This document shows positions 7,374 to 13,175 of a stretch of DNA of 14,917 nt, in pieces. The notes beneath the pieces were generated by a model. The model made no database searches, had not been told where the DNA came from, and was given only the letters and a program-made list of their open reading frames with translations. Every line of letters begins with the position of its first letter. Position 1 is the stretch's first letter. The position numbers and the translations under genes are program-made. The DNA is from an archaeon (GTDB lineage: Archaea; Iainarchaeota; Iainarchaeia; Iainarchaeales; CSSED10-239): assembly GCA_037147375.1 (NCBI GenBank), contig JBAWVI010000013.1, positions 1 to 14,917 of the forward strand, read 5' to 3'.

Positions 7374-7429
7374 CACCCTCCCGAAAGGGATATATATCCA
7401 TAAAACTATAGTATATTTGGCGATTAACT

Positions 7430-8269
7430 ATGATTGATCTTATATCTGATAGAAAAATTTTAGATAAGTTTATTATTGAATTTACAAATGTATTAGAAAA
7501 ATATTCAAAATATGTAGTTGTTTCTGGTTTTGTTGCAATCTCAAATGCAAGATCAAGAGGAACAGAAGATATTGATCTTATTGTTGAAGAAATGTCTTTT
7601 ACTACTTTTAATAACTTTTTCAAAGATATATATAATTTAAATTTTGAATGTATTCAATCTGATGATGTAAATGAAATATATAATAATTATTTATTACATA
7701 AAGAGATAATTAGATTTGCATATAAAGATACATTAATTCCAAATATTGAATTTAAGTTTCCTAAAAACAAAATTGATGAATATACTTTATCAAAAAGAGT
7801 TAAACTTCCATTAACTGGACTAGATATATATTTTGCAACAATTGAATCAACTATTGCATATAAAGAACATTATCTTTGTGGAGAAAAAGATTATGAAGAT
7901 GCATATCATCTTAGAAAACTATACGTAGATACTATTAATTTTGAAGAGATTGAATTAATTAAAAGAATGATAGATAAATATCTTTATAATAAAGTAGAAG
8001 ACAAGGGAAAATTAAAAGAAAATATTGAACCAATAATTTATTTTACAAAGAGAGATAAATCTCATTTAGAATTTATTGATAAATGGGTTGAATTTGTTAA
8101 AACTCATCCTTATGAAGAATGGAAAAAGCAGCATTCTGATTTTTTAGATTCTCAAATTATTCATTCTATGGAATTCTATCAAAGATTATTAAAAGAACCA
8201 GATGGCGCAAAGAAAATAAGAAGTATTATGGGCTGGAACAAAAAGACTCCTTATTGGTTTGAAAAATAA
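7430..8269 (+). CDS. Pol-beta-superfamily nucleotidyltransferase (AbiEii / DUF2204-like) with an uncharacterised Trp-rich C-terminal extension
   Basis: The NTase signature hG[GS]-x13-DxD reads VVVSGFVAISNARSRGTEDIDLIV. A downstream acidic strand NIEFKF is present. The helix IAYKEHYLCGEKDYEDAYHL resembles the (K/R)xKDxxD helix of this NTase group. The last 90 aa or so (WVEFVKTHPYEEWKKQHSDFLDSQ...) are unrecognised. Confidence 0.6.
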   Translation: MIDLISDRKILDKFIIEFTNVLEKYSKYVVVSGFVAISNARSRGTEDIDLIVEEMSFTTFNNFFKDIYNLNFECIQSDDVNEIYNNYLLHKEIIRFAYKDTLIPNIEFKFPKNKIDEYTLSKRVKLPLTGLDIYFATIESTIAYKEHYLCGEKDYEDAYHLRKLYVDTINFEEIELIKRMIDKYLYNKVEDKGKLKENIEPIIYFTKRDKSHLEFIDKWVEFVKTHPYEEWKKQHSDFLDSQIIHSMEFYQRLLKEPDGAKKIRSIMGWNKKTPYWFEK

Positions 8270-8393
8270 TCATCCTAGTTTCTATATTCTTCAATTTCTG
8301 TAATCATTATATTTTTAAATAAAACGGCTTATCTATATATACCTAATTATATTTTATTATCAGCCTACTAAATTTCGAGAGTGAAAACAAGTT

Positions 8394-9545
8394 ATGCCTA
8401 CAAAAATCAGAAGAAAAGTATACAAGGATGAATCCTGGTCTGATACTATTATCTCTGATATTAAGAAAGGAGAAGTTGTAGACATTACAAAAATATTACC
8501 TCTTGTAACTCCAGGCACAGAACTTAGAAAGGGCCTTGATGAAATCCTAAATGGTAACCTTGGAGCTTTAATTGTTCTTGGAATAAACGATGAACTTAAA
8601 TCCCTTCTTCAAGGTGGAATTAATCTAGATGTTCCTTATGGTTCATCAAGATTATTTGAACTTGCAAAAATGGATGGAGCTATTGTTGTATCTAATGATT
8701 TAAAAAAAATAGTTTCAGCAAACACTCATCTTATGCCAAACAAAGAAATACCTTCATCAGAAACAGGAATAAGGCACAGAAGTGCAGAACAAACTGCAAG
8801 GCAAACAGGCTTACCAGTTATTGCAATCTCACACAGGAGAAGCATTATTTCTTTATTTTATAGAGATCAAAAGTATGTTCTTCAAGACCTAAGATTATTA
8901 CTTGTTAAATCAAACAATAGTCTAAACAACCTAAAAGACTATAGAATAAGAATAGATTCAGATCTTAATTACTTAATACATAATGAAATAAACAGTTTAT
9001 CAACTGTCTCAGAAGATGCACTTTCAATTATTCAAAAACTACTTTATTTCTTTAAGCACTCAAGCGAGCTTGATATGCTTGTTATTGAGCTTGGAGAACA
9101 AGGAACAGACATCATGCAAAGCTTGTATGAAATCAATTATGGAATAGAAGAAACCTTAGCTATGCTTATCTTAGACTACTCAAGCAAGGAAATGAGTAAG
9201 CAAGAAGCTCTTACACAAGTTGAGAACCTAAAGAAGATGGGTTTAAGGATGATATCTGATACTGATAAGCTATCAGAATTTGTATCTTTAGGCTCAAGTA
9301 GTACAGTTCCATCACTTGACTTCCATTATCCAAGAGGATATAGGATATTATCAAAGATACCGAGATTATCTCCTAAGTTAATTGAAGACATGATAAAAAA
9401 GTACAAATGCATATCAAATATGCTTAATTTAGATGCAGAAGAACTTTCAAAAGATCTAAGTATTAATCTAGTTCAAGCAAAGTACATAGTAAGTCAGTTA
9501 TCTAGTTTATCAGAGAACATAACAACAGATTTCTTTGATATTTAG
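8394..9545 (+). CDS. disA: DNA integrity scanning protein DisA (diadenylate cyclase, c-di-AMP synthase)
   Basis: The DAC domain motifs are present: PGTELRKGLDEIL..NLGALIVLG, LAKMDGAIVVS and ETGIRHRSAEQTARQTGLPVIAISHRRS. The PRGYRILSKIPRLSP linker/C-terminal signature is typical of DisA. The length is also DisA-like (383 aa). Confidence 0.85.
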   Translation: MPTKIRRKVYKDESWSDTIISDIKKGEVVDITKILPLVTPGTELRKGLDEILNGNLGALIVLGINDELKSLLQGGINLDVPYGSSRLFELAKMDGAIVVSNDLKKIVSANTHLMPNKEIPSSETGIRHRSAEQTARQTGLPVIAISHRRSIISLFYRDQKYVLQDLRLLLVKSNNSLNNLKDYRIRIDSDLNYLIHNEINSLSTVSEDALSIIQKLLYFFKHSSELDMLVIELGEQGTDIMQSLYEINYGIEETLAMLILDYSSKEMSKQEALTQVENLKKMGLRMISDTDKLSEFVSLGSSSTVPSLDFHYPRGYRILSKIPRLSPKLIEDMIKKYKCISNMLNLDAEELSKDLSINLVQAKYIVSQLSSLSENITTDFFDI

Positions 9546-9621
9546 TGTATTTTCCTTCTATAAATATGTTTATATACTTATCTTGCCTATATTATATATA
9601 ATTGGTTAATATAAAATCTAA

Positions 9622-9646
9622 AAGCATGAGAGTGCTTCTTTTTTTT
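9622..9646 (+). terminator. Hairpin + T8 terminator downstream of disA
   Basis: The stem is aagca (9622-9626) and tgctt (9633-9637) with loop tgagag, followed by c and tttttttt (9639-9646). Confidence 0.5.
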
Positions 9647-9706
9647 GTAGAACACCAATAAATATCAGCAAAGACTGAACATCGAATATAAAAAAGTGAT
9701 TTTAGA

Positions 9707-9898
9707 ATGGAAGGAACAGTAAAGTTTTATAACTTCAAGAAAAGATTTGGTTTCATAACAGGAGAAGACGGTAAAGACTACTTCGTACATGAAACAGGAA
9801 TTATACAAAAGGGTTCTGTAAGAGACGGAGCTAAAGTAACATTTGAAGTTGTAACAGATGATAGAGGAGCAAAAGCAACAAACGTTAACGTAGTTTAA
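9707..9898 (+). CDS. Cold-shock domain protein (CspA family, 63 aa)
   Basis: The sequence GTVKFYNFKKRFGFIT..DGKDYFVHETGI...G..V.FEV..DDRGAKATNV contains RNP1-like (K)RFGFI and RNP2-like YFVHE motifs. The size is typical. GTGAT lies 6 nt upstream of the ATG. Confidence 0.85.
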   Translation: MEGTVKFYNFKKRFGFITGEDGKDYFVHETGIIQKGSVRDGAKVTFEVVTDDRGAKATNVNVV

Positions 9899-9932
9899 AC
9901 TCTATTGTTTAAAGAACTTACGAATAATTTTT

Positions 9933-9983
9933 TAGATGATTCTTTCCTCTTTTAAAAAAAGCTTCATCTAATATCTTTTTTTT
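9933..9983. terminator. Hairpin/T-tract terminator region between convergent csp and DUF1003 genes
   Basis: A 7-bp stem, tagatga (9933-9939) / tcatcta (9964-9970), has inner cttt(t)/aaaag pairing and is followed by T8 (9976-9983) on the + strand. On the - strand, a T7 run lies inside the loop. Confidence 0.45.
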
Positions 9984-10016
9984 AATAAATATATTAAATT
10001 AGAACCTTAGCTATAT

Positions 10017-10733
10017 CTATAGCTTGTTTTTCTTATTTTTTCTTTCTTGTTCTTCAAGTATATCAAGCTGAAGCTTTTGTATTTCAAGTAGTCTTTGCCA
10101 TTGATCTCTAGTTAAGTGATCAAGCTTTTCATGTATGTGTCTTATCTCAAGCTCAGCTTTAAGATTAATCTTGTAATCGTTTTCAGATCTTAGTCTATCC
10201 TTTTGTTCCTTCCTGTTTTGGCTCATCATAATGATTGGAGCTTGAATAGCAGCAAGACAAGATAAGATTAAGTTTAAAAGAATGAATGGATAAGGATCAT
10301 ATGGTTTAGCCATCATAAGACTTGTATTAATTATTATCCAGATAACTAAAACAATAAAGAAAGAACTAATAAATCCCCAAGAACCTCCAAAGGTTGCGAC
10401 CTTATCAGCTATTCTTTGTCCTTTTGAAAGTCCGGTTTCATCTAAGCTAAGTTCCTTAACAAGAGATTCTTGATCAATCATGCTTTTTACAACTTGCTTA
10501 TCAATCTTAGATATTTCTCCTTTTTCTTTCTTTAAGAGATCTTCCATGTATTGATATCTATATTTTTTATATTCTTCTCTTGAAATATAATTCGTATTAT
10601 TAAATTCAGGATATTTCTTTTTAATAAGTTCAATTACTTGTAAATTAATTAAATCATAAGGAACTGCATCTATTATCTTAATAGGTTTTTTAGTAATATA
10701 GCAAATTACATTTACTTCTTTTTTATTTTCCAT
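10017..10733 (-). CDS. DUF1003-family integral membrane protein
   Basis: GSWGFISSFFIVLVIWIIIN (TM1) and PYPFILLNLILSCLAAIQAPIIMMSQNRKEQKDRLRSENDYKINLKAELEI..IHEKLD match the conserved DUF1003 core, including the two-TM layout and the coiled-coil tail. Confidence 0.75.
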   Translation of the reverse strand: MENKKEVNVICYITKKPIKIIDAVPYDLINLQVIELIKKKYPEFNNTNYISREEYKKYRYQYMEDLLKKEKGEISKIDKQVVKSMIDQESLVKELSLDETGLSKGQRIADKVATFGGSWGFISSFFIVLVIWIIINTSLMMAKPYDPYPFILLNLILSCLAAIQAPIIMMSQNRKEQKDRLRSENDYKINLKAELEIRHIHEKLDHLTRDQWQRLLEIQKLQLDILEEQERKNKKNKL

Positions 10734-10846
10734 AAGTTAATCCTTTAATACAAGTCTTGATTATCTATTATATCCAGAAGATAAATATTAATTTAAATGT
10801 ATGGTTTTTATATATATTTATAGATATATTTTAAAAGTTGATAAAT

Positions 10847-11548
10847 ATGAAAATGAAAATAAAAAGTGTAGTTAATGTATTTAAGAAACCTAAGGAATCT
10901 TTGGTTAAGAAGAAACCAGTTATAAAACCAAAAAGAAAAGAGTTAATTAAAAAGTTTTTTGGGTTTGAGTTTAATATTAAAAAAGAAGTTAAAAAACCAA
11001 CAGATCTTTTAAAAAAGGAAAAGCATATAATGGATAGGCTTGTTCATGTTAAAGAAAAATGTCAAAACTTAAACAACATGCATAATACATACAAGTTTAT
11101 AAGAACATTAAAAGAAGAAGGAATAACTGGAAAAAACATAAGAGAATACACAAATTTATATCCAGAGCATATTTATAGTAAGCTTGGAAATATGGAACCA
11201 AAGGATAAAATAAATATTTTACATCTAATGGGCTTTGATCTTGGTAAAATGGAAACTATTAAACCATTTGATTTAGAATATAATCAGCACATGCCAAGCT
11301 TACGAACACAATTATATAAAAAGTTTGGTTCTAATAAAGAAGCATTAAAAGAATTAAATAAATTTTATAGTTTAAGACATATTGGAAAAGGTTTTCCAAT
11401 AAGAGAAATGCTTGAAACATTTCCAATTGATGCTATGCTTAGAGAATTTAGTTATGAGGATATAAGAAATAGGATTAGTAGTGTAGATGGAAGACTTCAT
11501 ACTGATGAAGGAGTTAGAAAGTTTGCAGAATTAATTTATAGAAAGTAA
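10847..11548 (+). CDS. Hypothetical Lys-rich protein (ORFan by eye)
   Basis: A long ORF with coding-like composition. The ORF track starts at TTG 10838 and the first ATG is 10847. The tatatattta box at 10811-10820 lies about 27-36 nt upstream. No recognisable motif was found. Confidence 0.55.
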   Translation: MKMKIKSVVNVFKKPKESLVKKKPVIKPKRKELIKKFFGFEFNIKKEVKKPTDLLKKEKHIMDRLVHVKEKCQNLNNMHNTYKFIRTLKEEGITGKNIREYTNLYPEHIYSKLGNMEPKDKINILHLMGFDLGKMETIKPFDLEYNQHMPSLRTQLYKKFGSNKEALKELNKFYSLRHIGKGFPIREMLETFPIDAMLREFSYEDIRNRISSVDGRLHTDEGVRKFAELIYRK

Positions 11549-11549
11549 A

Positions 11550-11882
11550 CTATTTTTTATTTTTGCAATTTTTACATCTCTTAAGTAAATCAGTATAACT
11601 TTTCTTTTTATTAACTTTATGATTTAAGTGGCCCTTAATGGTTTTAGATGAAAAACTAATTTTTGGAAGAGGGCTTTTATGATTGAAACCTCTGTTCTTC
11701 ATTTCCTTTACAATTTCTTCATGTCTTTTGTAAATGCTTTTAGGTTCTAGTAGATCATTTTTTATATATCCATCAATAGATATTCCTTTTTTAATAGTTC
11801 CAACAAACATATGTATTTCAACATGTTCCCCAAGAAGATGCTTATCGCACATCTTATTTGTAGGTGTCATCCACATTCTCAT
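11550..11882 (-). CDS. Small DenV/Pyr_excise-like protein (putative pyrimidine-dimer DNA glycosylase family), tentative
   Basis: The N-terminus MRMWMTPTNKMCDKHLLGEHVEIHMFVG resembles the MR(L/M)W..P..L....LLGEH.E.H signature of short pyrimidine-dimer-glycosylase-like proteins. The C-terminus CKNCKNKK is basic and CxxC-containing. The call rests on memory of the motif only. Confidence 0.4.
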   Translation of the reverse strand: MRMWMTPTNKMCDKHLLGEHVEIHMFVGTIKKGISIDGYIKNDLLEPKSIYKRHEEIVKEMKNRGFNHKSPLPKISFSSKTIKGHLNHKVNKKKSYTDLLKRCKNCKNKK

Positions 11883-11976
11883 GTTAATCAGTTTTAAATA
11901 ATTGGGATTAAAAATTAGAAAGAGCCTCTAGAGCTGATTCTAAATTTAGTTATTAGCTAGTTTTAAATTTATCTAC

Positions 11977-12022
11977 CCCCCACATATACTAAGAAAGCAT
12001 CTATTTATATACTTTGTGGGGG
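11977..12022 (+). promoter_or_regulatory. Fic promoter region: TTTATATA box (12004-12011) bracketed by the GC-rich inverted repeat CCCCCACA / TGTGGGGG
   Basis: The arms at 11977-11984 and 12015-12022 are perfect reverse complements. The TATA centre lies 26.5 nt upstream of ATG 12034. Confidence 0.45.
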
Positions 12023-12033
12023 TGTATATCTAT

Positions 12034-12918
12034 ATGGTGTACATAAAGGAAAAAAAGATCGGAAAAAGAAAAATATACTCCCTTCGTCATAATTTTAGAT
12101 ACAAAGATGCATACAGAACAGAAGAGAGATACTTAGGTACAGAAATACCAAAAGACATTGATAAACAAAAATTTGATTTTTATTTAGAAGTTATATCTGA
12201 TAAATTAAAAGAAATAGATTTAATTAAAGAAAAAATAGATAAGGATCATAAAAAAGCACCATCAATTGTATTAGATAAAGAAAATGAGCAGTTTGCATTA
12301 TTATTCACCTATAATACAAACAAAATTGAAGGGTCAACCTTAACATATAAAGAATCAGTAAACTTATTAATTCATAACATCTCTCCAAACAAACCAACAA
12401 GGGATATTAAAGAAACTGAGGCTCATCAAAACTTATTTTTAGAATTAATTAAGAAAGAGCAAAAGATAACTTATCAAAATCTTCTTGAATGGCATTATAA
12501 ACTATTTAAAGATACAAAACCAGAACTTGCTGGAAAAGTGCGAGATTATAAAGTTATTATATCAGGTTCTAAATTCGTTCCTCCATCTCCTATAGAAGTA
12601 AATTCAGAATTAATGGATTTCTTTAAATGGTATTTAAAGAACAAAGATGTTCTTCATCCTGTTGTTCTCTCTTGTTTATGTCATTTAAAATTGGTAACAA
12701 TACATCCATTTGGTGATGGGAATGGAAGAATAACAAGATTAATAATGAATGTGGTATTAAATAATTATAATTATCCATTGTTTGTAATAAAATATACAGA
12801 TAGAGTTGATTATTATAATTCACTCCAAGGATCAAACCTAAAAGAAGACCAAACAATATTTATAAAATGGTATATTAATGAATACATTAAGTTTACAAAA
12901 GAATGGTACAAGATTTAA
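12034..12918 (+). CDS. Fic/DOC-family protein (AMPylase-type), class II with an internal inhibitory helix
   Basis: The canonical Fic motif HPFGDGNGRITRL lies at 12703-12741. The upstream inhibitory motif [S/T]xxxE[G/N], here TNKIEG, lies at 12316-12333. The ORF track starts at GTG 12016. ATG 12034 is preferred because of TATA spacing and the gggggtg upstream. Confidence 0.85.
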   Translation: MVYIKEKKIGKRKIYSLRHNFRYKDAYRTEERYLGTEIPKDIDKQKFDFYLEVISDKLKEIDLIKEKIDKDHKKAPSIVLDKENEQFALLFTYNTNKIEGSTLTYKESVNLLIHNISPNKPTRDIKETEAHQNLFLELIKKEQKITYQNLLEWHYKLFKDTKPELAGKVRDYKVIISGSKFVPPSPIEVNSELMDFFKWYLKNKDVLHPVVLSCLCHLKLVTIHPFGDGNGRITRLIMNVVLNNYNYPLFVIKYTDRVDYYNSLQGSNLKEDQTIFIKWYINEYIKFTKEWYKI

Positions 12919-12978
12919 ATAAACATAAGTTGTATTTTATTAATCCTTTTGAGAAATGGCTTTTAACTTTTGGTGTTA

Positions 12979-13050
12979 AGCCTCTAGAGGGATTTGAACC
13001 CCCGACTTTCAGTTTACAAGACTGACGCTCTACCACTGAGCTATAGAGGC
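12979..13050 (-). tRNA. tRNA-Thr (anticodon UGU), 72 nt, no intron, CCA not encoded
   Basis: The reverse complement folds by hand into a cloverleaf: acceptor GCCTCTA/TAGAGGC, D arm GCTC-AGTGGTA-GAGC, anticodon arm TCAGT-CTTGTAA-ACTGA, variable loop AAGTC, T arm GGGGG-TTCAAAT-CCCTC, discriminator T. Confidence 0.9.
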
Positions 13051-13175
13051 ATATAACTTTTCTTTTACTAAACAAAAATACTCTTTTTTATTAAAAAAAT
13101 AGTTATACTATAATATAATATATATAAGAAATCTTTATAAATAATTGGGTTCCTATCTTTTCATAAGGTGTGCTT

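Noticed and set aside
7315-7623. ORF 7315-7623 (- strand, 102 aa) spanning the RhuM/NTase spacer
   Set aside because: It overlaps the 3' end of RhuM, the whole GC-rich spacer and about 190 nt of the NTase N-terminus, which contains the conserved NTase motif on the + strand. No motif or start signal is evident. I consider it spurious.
4487-8310. tttctgtaat(c)attat occurs at 4487-4501 and 8295-8310, the outer borders of the whole three-gene island
   Set aside because: This would be attractive as an island-level att duplication. However, a 10-mer plus 5-mer of nearly pure A/T between two AT-rich spacers is within chance expectation; my rough estimate is a probability of order 0.1-0.5. It is worth re-checking only if an empty site is found in relatives.
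4467-8393. Classical mobile element (IS, transposon or integrative element) as the explanation for the island
   Set aside because: No transposase, integrase or recombinase ORF and no terminal inverted repeats are visible anywhere in the window. Only short direct repeats are seen, so no mobile_element feature is called.
9547-9706. Long spacer upstream of the cold-shock gene as a CspA-type 5'-UTR RNA thermometer
   Set aside because: Most of the spacer is taken up by the disA terminator (9622-9646). The remaining 60 nt or so show no convincing alternative-pairing structure by eye, and the likely leader is only about 20 nt.
12623-13075. ORFs 12623-12856 (-) and 12893-13075 (-)
   Set aside because: The first is antisense to the Fic catalytic region. 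The second reads straight through tRNA-Thr: SSVVERQSCKLKVGGSNPSRG is a translated tRNA sequence.
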